A stretch of 64,000 bases of DNA from a bacterium (GTDB lineage Bacteria; Zhuqueibacterota; Zhuqueibacteria; Residuimicrobiales; Krinioviventaceae). Of the stretch, positions 1 to 8,507 are shown in pieces. The first letter of the stretch is position 1. Every line of letters begins with the position of its first letter. The notes beneath the pieces are model-generated. The model was not told the origin of the DNA. It saw only the letters and a program-made list of their open reading frames with translations, and searched no databases. The stretch covers positions 2,880,001-2,944,000 of the forward strand of contig OY843751.1 of assembly GCA_963693055.1 (NCBI GenBank). Direction: 5' to 3'. A program made the position numbers and the translations under genes.

Positions 1-11
1 TTTTCCATTGT

Positions 12-209
12 TTAACCCTCAAATTTATCTATTATCTTTTGTGTTTCGGCCTCAAAAATAACTAATACTCTTTCCGCATCTACTCGGTTAGATTGCCCGG
101 CGTTAAACCGGGCTGTTGTAACCTTTGCCTTGAGTGCTTGAACCTCTAAAAGCAATTTTTTATAATTGTCCTCTGCGTCAACCTGGGCGAATAAGTCATT
201 TTCTCCCAT
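12..209 (-). CDS. Phage hypothetical protein
   Basis: 65-aa ORF tightly packed in the leftward phage operon. Confidence 0.65.
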   Translation of the reverse strand: MGENDLFAQVDAEDNYKKLLLEVQALKAKVTTARFNAGQSNRVDAERVLVIFEAETQKIIDKFEG

Positions 210-211
210 AG

Positions 212-841
212 CTACGCCTTGCCATTACTGGGATGTTTACCGTTTCCGTTTGCGCTACCATTTACCGGGATGTATACATTATTATTTCCGGCCTGTACAA
301 TTTTCCAGTATTCAGATAATATTTTAATAAAAGGAATAGCAGTTAATGACAAAGGCAAACCCAAAGCCCACGCTAACCCACGATTAAACGCAATTCCGGG
401 GGCCGCCCCGAATAGCTTTGCCGCATTTGTGGCAATTTCTGAATTGATTAAAATATAAGTAAATGCTGAATATACATTCCCTACAACCTGCAAGGAAACC
501 AAAACCGCAATAATACCCCAAATAAAATAAACCGCTAATTTTGGCAATCGATTCAACTCAATCAAGGCCGCAAGTGATACAATAGAAAAATACTCAAACG
601 CACCGGCTAAAACACCTGCAAGTATTGGATTATTACCAATACTAAACCATGAAAACAAGTGTATTGCTGAAATGATGGAAATAGACATAGGGGCAAAAAG
701 TAACATACCAATAACTATATATTGAAATGTTCTTTGCTTTCCTTGCTTTACTTTGCGTCGTTGGTATTTCTCCCGGTTTTTTATTTTCTCCCGGTCTTTT
801 CTCTCTTGCGCTTTTCTGGTTGCATCACTAACACTATTCAT
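212..841 (-). CDS. Phage multi-pass membrane protein
   Basis: Basic N-terminus followed by about 4 hydrophobic segments; ATGA overlap with upstream ORF. Confidence 0.75.
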   Translation of the reverse strand: MNSVSDATRKAQERKDREKIKNREKYQRRKVKQGKQRTFQYIVIGMLLFAPMSISIISAIHLFSWFSIGNNPILAGVLAGAFEYFSIVSLAALIELNRLPKLAVYFIWGIIAVLVSLQVVGNVYSAFTYILINSEIATNAAKLFGAAPGIAFNRGLAWALGLPLSLTAIPFIKILSEYWKIVQAGNNNVYIPVNGSANGNGKHPSNGKA

Positions 842-1152
842 TTTTTAAACTCTCCTATCTTGTTCTTTATTGTTATTTTGAATTTTTCAATTAAGCCCGG
901 TTTAACCGGGGGTTGTATTTTTTCTGGAATTACAAAACCGCTTTTCTGGAAATACTTTAATAAATTGCAAAACTCTATCTCTCTTTGCTCATATTCTTTT
1001 TTGGATTCAATCAAGAATTCATGCGCCCAAATCATTTCAAGAAATTTTGAATATCTTTCTTGAGTTTTTGGGCCTCGCTTTTGTCCACCGGCCCGAACAT
1101 ATATCCAATGATGAACGCGATTTAATAACTGTTTTCTTTTTGTGGCTTCCAT
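838..1152 (-). CDS. Phage hypothetical protein
   Basis: 104-aa ORF with AGGTG RBS, operon packing. Confidence 0.7.
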   Translation of the reverse strand: MEATKRKQLLNRVHHWIYVRAGGQKRGPKTQERYSKFLEMIWAHEFLIESKKEYEQREIEFCNLLKYFQKSGFVIPEKIQPPVKPGLIEKFKITIKNKIGEFKK

Positions 1153-1159
1153 TTATCAC

Positions 1160-1393
1160 CTAAAAAATCCCTTTAATCAAGTGCTTAGGAAACATCACTT
1201 TTATTTGTCGTTCAACAATATTCATATCACCCTTGTATTTTCTTTTCAACTTTGTAACCTGTGATTCTAATAATGGGCATTTCTTTAATTTTTCAATTAC
1301 ATTTTCTCCGGTCGAAATACCGCAAAAATTACCATTACTTGTATTTGTTGCGAATTGGCAAACATCTTTTTTCAAAGAACAACGTCCATTCAT
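1160..1393 (-). CDS. Phage small Cys-containing protein
   Basis: Four Cys in the N-terminal half; ATGA overlap with upstream ORF. Confidence 0.65.
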   Translation of the reverse strand: MNGRCSLKKDVCQFATNTSNGNFCGISTGENVIEKLKKCPLLESQVTKLKRKYKGDMNIVERQIKVMFPKHLIKGIF

Positions 1394-2001
1394 TCAAACA
1401 AACCTACAAACTTTTTTAAAATTGAATCCTGCGGCCTGATCTCATTAATATATTTAAATCCTACAGGTGTGGCATATTTACTATATGTTTTACAGCTAAA
1501 ACCTACTTTAACCCTGATTTGATATTCCCCTGATTCCGGGAATTTCATGATCTGTGGAAATGTAGCTACGGAATCTAAATATACAACCCGTTCACCTGGC
1601 ACCCATGAGGGCCACCCGGAATTAACCCCGGCACTGTCAGGGCGTAAAAGTTCAAGATCTTTTATATTTACCTGACTATCTAAAGGCACCTCATAATATA
1701 AATTATTAACTACAACCTCTATTCTGTCATCCCGGTAAAACGTTTTTGCTGTACTATCAAGCGTACCGGGTTTTAATTGCTTATAAAAAACCATATAACC
1801 ATCTATTTTTTCTGGGTCATATTTTTTATAAAGAGAGTCATAAGGAACCGGGGCCGGGTCTTGACCTTGCGCCGGGGTTCCCTGATCTGGGTTTGTTTGA
1901 TGGTCACAAAAAACAAAAAATAATGATAACGTCATCAACAAACCATTAACACCAACAATTGACAAACAAAAGTAAACCAAAAACGAAATAATTTTTTTCA
2001 T
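1390..2001 (-). CDS. Phage exported or membrane-anchored protein, possible FN3-like beta-sandwich
   Basis: Hydrophobic N-terminus ending FVFC, Pro/Gln linker, IDGYMVFY and GEYQIRVKV motifs. Confidence 0.65.
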   Translation of the reverse strand: MKKIISFLVYFCLSIVGVNGLLMTLSLFFVFCDHQTNPDQGTPAQGQDPAPVPYDSLYKKYDPEKIDGYMVFYKQLKPGTLDSTAKTFYRDDRIEVVVNNLYYEVPLDSQVNIKDLELLRPDSAGVNSGWPSWVPGERVVYLDSVATFPQIMKFPESGEYQIRVKVGFSCKTYSKYATPVGFKYINEIRPQDSILKKFVGLFE

Positions 2002-2012
2002 GTCGCACCTTT

Positions 2013-2627
2013 CTAATTAGTTAAATATAGCCCGTTTTCTACCATAGATTCCGGGGGTGTTACATCTGTACTTGTTAAAGTTTTAGCAAGATTTCCTATT
2101 AAAATAGATTGCTCTAAACTCATGGATTCACAATTATCTGAAATATTTTCAGGCATTGGAGTAATTCCATGCTTTTCAACCATTGCGTAAACAAGATTAC
2201 TTGAATTTGTTTTATATTCTTGCTCAATTAATCGTTTAGCCTTTTTGTATGTAGATTCTATTTTATCAAATTCTTTTACATATTCATCCCTGTAATGATT
2301 ATAATACAGGGTAAGGAATAACCCTTGCTTTCTTGTTAATTCACCACATGCGTAATCATTTTTCCACCACAAACCAGATTCTTTTAAGTCCAATAAATGA
2401 CCTGCAATGTGAACAAATAACTTGAAAATATTTCCTTTTCTATCACCTACTTTAAACCGATATAAAAAAACATCCTCTTTAATCAGGTCATCAATTGTTA
2501 ACCCGTGTTTTTCTAAAAGTAACTCTAGTTTTTGCTTTGCAACTTTTTTTTCGTTTTCCGTACCACGTTCGGACATTACTTTAATGTTTCGTAACATATC
2601 CTTTACATCTTGCATGCTTTTAGACAT
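2013..2627 (-). CDS. Phage protein with DUF2786-like N-terminus
   Basis: SERGTENEKKVAKQKLELLLEKHGLT pattern. Confidence 0.6.
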   Translation of the reverse strand: MSKSMQDVKDMLRNIKVMSERGTENEKKVAKQKLELLLEKHGLTIDDLIKEDVFLYRFKVGDRKGNIFKLFVHIAGHLLDLKESGLWWKNDYACGELTRKQGLFLTLYYNHYRDEYVKEFDKIESTYKKAKRLIEQEYKTNSSNLVYAMVEKHGITPMPENISDNCESMSLEQSILIGNLAKTLTSTDVTPPESMVENGLYLTN

Positions 2628-2644
2628 CCCTCAAACCCTCATTA

Positions 2645-3079
2645 TTAAAATGGTGTTTTATCGCTCAATTTGTTTTGTAAATCTCGAATGATAAAATCTT
2701 TTTCAGCAATTAAAGTTTCCAGTTTTAAAATTTTTGTCTCAAGTTGTACATTCTTTGTTACCTGCACCCGGTACCCATTCACACAGTTAATGATTTCTTG
2801 ACCGTTCAAAAATGAATTTATTGGCTTTCCAAATTCATCAAGATTAATACATTCAGCAATCAACCTCCCGTTTGCATCTGTTATAATGTTTGCTGAAAAC
2901 GTCCACGGTAACGGGGATATTTTAGCAGGTATTTTAACCGGCTTTTTGGGTTCTTGATCTTGCAACAATTCAGTAATTGCCAGATATGTTTCAGGGGTCA
3001 ATTTAATAAACTTGTCCCCGCTGTGTTCATCCTGACCGGTTACTGCATTATTTAATATTTTTAAAACCGTTTCACTCAT
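2645..3079 (-). CDS. Phage hypothetical protein, C-terminal coiled coil
   Basis: 144-aa ORF, SPLPW motif, heptad-like C-terminus ending PF. Confidence 0.65.
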   Translation of the reverse strand: MSETVLKILNNAVTGQDEHSGDKFIKLTPETYLAITELLQDQEPKKPVKIPAKISPLPWTFSANIITDANGRLIAECINLDEFGKPINSFLNGQEIINCVNGYRVQVTKNVQLETKILKLETLIAEKDFIIRDLQNKLSDKTPF

Positions 3080-3082
3080 ATT

Positions 3083-3274
3083 TCAATCCACTTTTTCTAA
3101 TTCGTTAAATTCATCATTGTACGGAACAAAGACACCATGACCGGGGTAATAATCTTGTTTAATTCTATCCCACTGCCTGTAAATCCATCCACCTGGAACA
3201 CGCTTCCATTGACCGGTACTGTCATTTTTTCCACCAACTTCAAATAACTCAAGATCATAAATTGATTTGTTCAT
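3083..3274 (-). CDS. Phage small hypothetical protein
   Basis: RVPGGWIY...VFVP motif; TAATG coupling to upstream ORF. Confidence 0.65.
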   Translation of the reverse strand: MNKSIYDLELFEVGGKNDSTGQWKRVPGGWIYRQWDRIKQDYYPGHGVFVPYNDEFNELEKVD

Positions 3275-3828
3275 TACGCCGCCTGTGCCTTTTGTTCAAG
3301 TTCCGCTTTATAATCGGCCCATAATGTATAAATTGTTAAATCTCGATTACGGGGCCATTCTCTTTTAGTTTGTGATAAATACTGCAAAGCCTGAAATGTT
3401 TCCGACCCTAGCCCGGCCTGTGCTTTTTGAAAAATCTTGCTACCCATCAGGGCCGCATCATTCACATGTTCGGAACCGAATTCCCGCCCAAATTCATCAC
3501 AGCACATTATTTTTTTAAAGGCAGGTTTCCACCCTTGATTGTTCCATTGCCTCGGATGTACCATAATATGATTCGGGAAAATCTCCTGAATTAATCCTAC
3601 TTGCTTTTGTACTTTAAAAGCGTTTTTCCTATAAACACCCCGAAAATTTTCATATCTTTCAATGAAAGCAAAATCAATATTATGATGGGCTTTCATTTTC
3701 TCAAGGCGATCTACATAAGGATAAAAACCCTCATAAACGATTGTACTACCTGTAATGATTTTACCGTATTGGTCAAAGATAGCCGCACCCGTTAATTTAC
3801 CGGGGTCAAAAGATGCAAGATTAATCAT
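3274..3828 (-). CDS. RuvC-like Holliday junction resolvase/nuclease
   Basis: RNase H-fold motifs SFDPGKLTGAA, FIE, EHVNDAALM. Confidence 0.75.
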   Translation of the reverse strand: MINLASFDPGKLTGAAIFDQYGKIITGSTIVYEGFYPYVDRLEKMKAHHNIDFAFIERYENFRGVYRKNAFKVQKQVGLIQEIFPNHIMVHPRQWNNQGWKPAFKKIMCCDEFGREFGSEHVNDAALMGSKIFQKAQAGLGSETFQALQYLSQTKREWPRNRDLTIYTLWADYKAELEQKAQAA

Positions 3829-4429
3829 TTTTAAATTCTCCCTTTAATTGCTTAACCTTTTTATCTGGTAATACAGATTCAAGTTGTTTCTGGAAATCTA
3901 CAGGTAAATTTTTTGTAGCGTCAAACACAGCCCCACCAATTTGTTTAAATGGCAACCGTCCGGTTTTATCTACAAACTTTTCAACTTCTGTTAACCCCTT
4001 ATGTGAATTAACAAACTCTTTATAAACCACACCCGCCGGGGCTTCAATTATTTTCTTGTACCACTCAACAACAAGGGGGAAAATATACCCCTCGTTCTCT
4101 TTTTCCATTTGCGTTTTTAGCTTACTGGATTGTTTCCCAATTTCAGGGGAATTATAACGTTTTATCCAGTCATTAACACGAACCCATAAAAAAGCCGCTT
4201 CGGTTTCCTTGTCTATTTCCGGGCCTAGCAATTCCTTTATAGATGGGAAAAAGCCAGTATTCTCTTGGAAAAATATTTCAGCATTTTTTCTTATTTGCTC
4301 AATATTCAATTTTCTCAAAGCCTCAAAATAAAAGTCAATAAATTGGGCTGTTAATTTTCTCTTGTTTGCACTGACCTCATTAATTGAAATCATTAAAGCC
4401 GCAAAATCGGGGCGGTCTTGCTCTGTCAT
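3821..4429 (-). CDS. Putative phage replication accessory protein (helicase-loader position)
   Basis: Directly downstream of the initiator; helical N-terminus ending FFPSIKEL. Confidence 0.55.
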   Translation of the reverse strand: MTEQDRPDFAALMISINEVSANKRKLTAQFIDFYFEALRKLNIEQIRKNAEIFFQENTGFFPSIKELLGPEIDKETEAAFLWVRVNDWIKRYNSPEIGKQSSKLKTQMEKENEGYIFPLVVEWYKKIIEAPAGVVYKEFVNSHKGLTEVEKFVDKTGRLPFKQIGGAVFDATKNLPVDFQKQLESVLPDKKVKQLKGEFKND

Positions 4430-5400
4430 TATCTCCGGTTCTCCATGTATTCCGCTACCTGCCTTTCAATATCCCCCGATATATCCCTGATTTCCCCGGA
4501 ATCGTTCGCTTTTTTACCCTTGCCCGGATTTGATGCCATAAAACCGGTTATAAGGTCAACCGTTTTTTCAATGCGTTCTTGGTTATACAGATAATCATAT
4601 TTTCTTATAAACCCTGAATAATATTGATCTTGCATAAAATTTTTAGCGGCCTGAATAACACCGGCCCGTCTTATTTTTACATTTCCGGACAGGTTGCGCA
4701 ACCGTAAAAACCTTGATCTAGTGAACTGCAAATCATTTTCCCCCAAAATTTCAATGATTTCTTTGAAAACTTGGTATTCAGGGGTAATAATATATTCATC
4801 ATTTGGTTTTTCCGGTTGGTTTGCTTCGCCTTGTGGCCCATCCGGGGGTGGGGGCGTTTCTCCCCCCTCTGTATCTGTATCTGTATCTGTATCTGTATTT
4901 GTATCTGTATCTGTATCTGTATTTGTATCTGTATGGTTGAACGCCTGTTGAACGTCTGCTGAACGTACGTTAACCGCTTGTTCTTGTTCTGCTGGTTTAT
5001 CGTTCAGCGTCTGTTCTTTGTCTGTTTGGCTTTTGTTTAGTGTTAATTTCTTCCCTTTGGCCTGATCTTTAATTCTACGCTTTGCGGATTCTTTTCCTGC
5101 ATTTGACGCTTTTACTGATTTTTCACGTACTTTTTCAAGTTCGCTTTCAATTCGATAGTTATACAAAAGCCCGTCTTGTTCCTCAAAAAACTCTAAAATG
5201 GTAGGCTTTATCTGTTGCCATTGTTCCGGGGTAACCTTTGCTATCATTGCAAGACGCTTATCATTGTTCGGAATTGCTTTTCCTCTCTGGTAATAGTTAA
5301 CCATTAACAATAAATATGCACCGCTTTCCAAACCGTCAAGGTGTGCCGTATCTGCTAAAAAATCCGCCATGTATAATTGCATGTATGGAATAGATGCCAT
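4429..5400 (-). CDS. Phage replication initiator, DUF1376/YdaU family
   Basis: N-terminus PYMQLYMADFLADTAHL..ESGAYLLLM..YY; internal iteron-like repeats; DT-repeat linker. Confidence 0.85.
   Translation of the reverse strand: MASIPYMQLYMADFLADTAHLDGLESGAYLLLMVNYYQRGKAIPNNDKRLAMIAKVTPEQWQQIKPTILEFFEEQDGLLYNYRIESELEKVREKSVKASNAGKESAKRRIKDQAKGKKLTLNKSQTDKEQTLNDKPAEQEQAVNVRSADVQQAFNHTDTNTDTDTDTNTDTDTDTDTEGGETPPPPDGPQGEANQPEKPNDEYIITPEYQVFKEIIEILGENDLQFTRSRFLRLRNLSGNVKIRRAGVIQAAKNFMQDQYYSGFIRKYDYLYNQERIEKTVDLITGFMASNPGKGKKANDSGEIRDISGDIERQVAEYMENRR
4870..4935. repeat. Hexamer tandem repeat (TGTATC)x11 with variants, encoding a DT/NT dipeptide tract
   Basis: Read directly: 8x TGTATC, 2x TGTATT, 1x TGTATG. 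Confidence 0.95.
4936..5045. repeat. Ten degenerate 11-bp tandem repeats, probable phage origin iterons
   Basis: gttgaacgcct, gttgaacgtct, gctgaacgtac, gttaaccgctt ... gttcagcgtct, gttctttgtct in exact 11-nt register inside the initiator gene. Confidence 0.75.
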
Positions 5401-5418
5401 TTAAAAAACCGTCCTGCT

Positions 5419-5826
5419 TTAATCGTTCAATGGTAACAAAAGTGATTCTGTATTGACTAAAAGGGCAACTTCATCAAGCAAACTAATTTCCTGCAATTTG
5501 TCTAGTTTATTAAAGTTTGCGCCCTCAACCGGGTAAACAAATTTAATCATTACAAACACCTCTTTATTACCCTCAACAATTTTATCTTTAGTGTTTGCGT
5601 TTTTCACGCCGCCTAAAACTTGCACCTCGTTAAAATTGATTTGAAATTTTTCATCTGCTTTTTGCAGTCGTGAAATTTTATTCATATCTTTGAATAAATT
5701 ATCACCTAAAGAAAATTCAAAAAACACAGTTACTATTGATTGAAACCTATTACCCAAGTCTTTTTTAGTTATATCAAATTTTTTTATGGTACCTGCTAAC
5801 TCAAGTTTATATCTATCGTTTTCCAT
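5419..5826 (-). CDS. Phage hypothetical protein with apparent two-fold internal repeat
   Basis: Likely start MENDRYK (ATG 5826), avoiding a long overlap with the upstream ORF. Confidence 0.65.
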   Translation of the reverse strand: MENDRYKLELAGTIKKFDITKKDLGNRFQSIVTVFFEFSLGDNLFKDMNKISRLQKADEKFQINFNEVQVLGGVKNANTKDKIVEGNKEVFVMIKFVYPVEGANFNKLDKLQEISLLDEVALLVNTESLLLPLND

Positions 5827-6133
5827 TGTCCGCCGCTCCAAATCTGCATCTAAAATGCCCGCCGCCTTTAGGGGTCGGGCTGTACCCAAGTTTTTTTAAT
5901 GATAATTCTGTTTTTACTGGGTCATCTATAAAAGTAGTTTTTAAACTAAAAAATTCGTCTTTATGTTGTAAACCTATCCACCACCAATTTTCCCCGTCTG
6001 GCATTTCAACAGGATTAAAAACCCAAAATTTAAACTTTTTGATTTTTTTTAAAAATTCTTGCCATGCTCCGTACTTTAATTCCAGAGGGTCAAGTTTGAA
6101 AAATATTCCGTTGTCAACTTCTTTAATCTGCAT
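5813..6133 (-). CDS. Phage hypothetical protein
   Basis: 106-aa Trp-rich ORF in operon. Confidence 0.65.
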   Translation of the reverse strand: MQIKEVDNGIFFKLDPLELKYGAWQEFLKKIKKFKFWVFNPVEMPDGENWWWIGLQHKDEFFSLKTTFIDDPVKTELSLKKLGYSPTPKGGGHFRCRFGAADNGKR

Positions 6134-6135
6134 GA

Positions 6136-6486
6136 TTAAAATTCTTTTCCGTGTTTATATGGTCGTGTTTCGTTATATCGCATTTTTGCAATAATTGCAT
6201 CTGCAAGGTCGATCTTGTGATATTGGCAGTAGTCCATCAAACGGATAACAACGTCCGCCGCTTCTAATTCGAGTTCATCAAATTCAGGAATCTTTTTACT
6301 TTCAGGATTTCCACCCCGCAAAGCCTCCAACATTTCCGATACCTCGGAATGTATTAAAGCAATACTTTCCCCATGTGTTGCGGGTTTATCCCACCACCCG
6401 GATTTACAAGCTGTTTTGTGTGCATGTTCTTGCACAATCTCAAAAATACCCTTAAAAGCATCCGTTAAACTATTTGTTAATTCCAT
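6136..6486 (-). CDS. MazG-like nucleotide pyrophosphohydrolase
   Basis: IALIHSEVSEMLEA...ELEAADVVIRLMD...AKMRYNETRPYKHGK motifs. Confidence 0.85.
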   Translation of the reverse strand: MELTNSLTDAFKGIFEIVQEHAHKTACKSGWWDKPATHGESIALIHSEVSEMLEALRGGNPESKKIPEFDELELEAADVVIRLMDYCQYHKIDLADAIIAKMRYNETRPYKHGKEF

Positions 6487-6519
6487 TATCAAAACACCAT
6501 TCTATTTTAGTTAAGAGTT

Positions 6520-6541
6520 GCCCCGGATTCAATTCCGGGGC
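6520..6541. other. GC-rich hairpin between ssb and mazG-like gene
   Basis: GCCCCGGA-ttcaat-TCCGGGGC, 8-bp perfect stem, no U-tract. Confidence 0.6.
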
Positions 6542-6562
6542 GGTTCACTGATTTACTGTTAA

Positions 6563-7015
6563 TTAAAAAGGCAAGTCGTCCGAATCGTTGTCGTAATTAT
6601 CTTGACTGTAGTTAGTCTGTGATGGTGGGTTTTGATGGCTTCTATTGCCTTGATTGTTATTTGTGCTGCTTTGGCTTGATTCTAAAATAGAAATGTGTTC
6701 CGCTTGAATCTCTGTCATATATCGTCTGGTGCCGTTATTGTCCTCCCATTGCCTTGTTTCAAGCCTACCGACAACGTGAATACGGTTCCCTTTTTTAGCA
6801 TAGCTATCCAGATATTCGGACATTTTACCCCAAACTACAACCCTTGACCATTCAGTTTTTTCTTGGTTTTGCCTGTCACTTGTTTTAAAACCTACGGATG
6901 TGGCTATAGAAATAGTTGCTACCGCTGTGCCGTTTGGGGTATATTTTAATTCAATATCTTGACCCAGCCTACCGATTAAAATAACTTGATTAAAACTACC
7001 GTTTTTATGATGCAT
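6563..7015 (-). CDS. ssb: Single-stranded DNA-binding protein (phage)
   Basis: NQVILIGRLGQD, GRLETRQW, acidic tail DDLPF. Confidence 0.95.
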   Translation of the reverse strand: MHHKNGSFNQVILIGRLGQDIELKYTPNGTAVATISIATSVGFKTSDRQNQEKTEWSRVVVWGKMSEYLDSYAKKGNRIHVVGRLETRQWEDNNGTRRYMTEIQAEHISILESSQSSTNNNQGNRSHQNPPSQTNYSQDNYDNDSDDLPF

Positions 7016-7033
7016 TGTTAAAACTCTCCACTT

Positions 7034-7258
7034 TTATAATTCAAGCCTGATCTCTTGCACTTCATCAATAGTCAGGTAATGATATTCTTTTAAAATGAAA
7101 CATTCAGGGTTTACGCATCTGTAGGAATTGTAAACAGGGTCATAATTCATTTCGTTTTCGCAACCTGGGCACTCTACATATTCCCCGCCTGTACCATTAT
7201 AAAAATCAACGTTTGCTTGTTCCGCTACATCTTTACCACAAATCATTGTATTACTCAT
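7034..7258 (-). CDS. Phage zinc-ribbon protein
   Basis: CPGC...CVNPEC; likely start MSNTMICG. Confidence 0.65.
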   Translation of the reverse strand: MSNTMICGKDVAEQANVDFYNGTGGEYVECPGCENEMNYDPVYNSYRCVNPECFILKEYHYLTIDEVQEIRLEL

Positions 7259-7793
7259 TTTTAAACCCCTTTTCCTCAAAGTTATTACTCCCATTCAATA
7301 CGGCCCTTTCATGGCCTATATCATAGGTAAACATTTCCCCTGTAGATTCGTCATAAAATTCGCCCTTGCTTGGAATAATAATATTATGATTTTCTACCGC
7401 CCACTTTTGAATTGCAGGAAATGCGTTAATAATATCTGTTTTACCTATGTTCCCAATTTTAGCCATTGACCGCCGTTCACTTAACCCGGTAACCGGGTCG
7501 ATCTTTTCCGGGAAAAAATTTTGTTTCAAGAGTTCATGCAAATAGTCAAGATCCTCTTGTGTTTCATTACCCAGTAATTCCCGGCAAATAATACGTACTA
7601 CAACACCCCGAAAAAAACGCAACCACGCAAGGTCGAAATCATTATTTTCAACTGTATAAGAAATTTTAACCCGTGTGTTTATATGGGCTTTAGGGAATTC
7701 ATGCAACCCCTTACGGGCATCCGAATCTAAACGTATAGACCCGGTTTCATCAATAAAACCCCACCTTGCAATTGTGCGTTTAATTCGGGCCAT
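7251..7793 (-). CDS. Phage protein, NinB-like (tentative)
   Basis: FFRGVVVRII..LHELLK..F..RSMAK..QKWA...IIIP pattern within the recombination module. Confidence 0.5.
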   Translation of the reverse strand: MARIKRTIARWGFIDETGSIRLDSDARKGLHEFPKAHINTRVKISYTVENNDFDLAWLRFFRGVVVRIICRELLGNETQEDLDYLHELLKQNFFPEKIDPVTGLSERRSMAKIGNIGKTDIINAFPAIQKWAVENHNIIIPSKGEFYDESTGEMFTYDIGHERAVLNGSNNFEEKGFKNE

Positions 7794-7795
7794 TA

Positions 7796-8488
7796 TTAAT
7801 ATATCCTTGCTGACGGATTTTTTACAAGTTCAGCACCCGGTACAACGTCGCCTTGCTTTAAATTCTTTTTTATGTCAGTTAAATTAAAGTCTTTTTCCTT
7901 TACGATATGACACCCCAAAGATTCTATAAATTCATCAAGGCTATCTTGATCTGTAATAACTCTTGTTTCAATAATCTCAAGGGAGCCACCTACACGCAAA
8001 TATTTAACCATTTCTTCATAACTCATTTTTTGGGTGGTGAATTTGCGCAAGTAACTCACTGGAATTTGATTAGGTTCAATCATTTCAGCTTTTTCAGAAT
8101 ACACCAAGCGAACTTTTTTACCGCTTTCCGGACCAGAAATTTCTTTTTGGCCTGTTTTTTCCATATAATATGCCAAAGCATTTTTTAAAGATTTAATCTT
8201 GTTATCAATTGTTTTATGTTTTTTGCTGTATTGGTCGGCCCAATTTTTGTACTGATCTCGCTTAGTCTCAAGATCGGACAAGAAAAAGATATAATTGTCA
8301 ATTTTTTCAATGGCAAGGTCTACAATTCTTTGCCATTCTATTTCTTGTTCCTCTGTGAGCTCTCCATCACATTCAATTAACAGGGATTCCATTCTCTTAA
8401 ATTCTTCCCCATAATCAAATAAAGATTTTTTCTTTGGTTTATCAATTTTCTCAACCGGCGCCTGTAATACATCAATAATAGTTTCCAT
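7796..8488 (-). CDS. Siphovirus Gp157-like protein
   Basis: EKIDNY, coiled coil, C-terminal IKKNLKQGDVVPGAELV. Confidence 0.75.
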   Translation of the reverse strand: METIIDVLQAPVEKIDKPKKKSLFDYGEEFKRMESLLIECDGELTEEQEIEWQRIVDLAIEKIDNYIFFLSDLETKRDQYKNWADQYSKKHKTIDNKIKSLKNALAYYMEKTGQKEISGPESGKKVRLVYSEKAEMIEPNQIPVSYLRKFTTQKMSYEEMVKYLRVGGSLEIIETRVITDQDSLDEFIESLGCHIVKEKDFNLTDIKKNLKQGDVVPGAELVKNPSARIY

Positions 8489-8507
8489 GCTTTCAACCCT
8501 TTTTAGT

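Noticed and set aside
4694-4962. Plus-strand ORFs with SVSVSV and CICICI tracts
   Set aside because: Antisense readings of the TGTATC repeat inside the initiator gene
4870-5045. Possible CRISPR array
   Set aside because: Units are 6 and 11 bp, contiguous, without spacers, and no cas genes are present
6136-6486. Phage MazG-like protein substituting for the missing hisE
   Set aside because: Shared fold only; the gene lies in the lytic early operon, likely repressed in a lysogen, and is a common phage type
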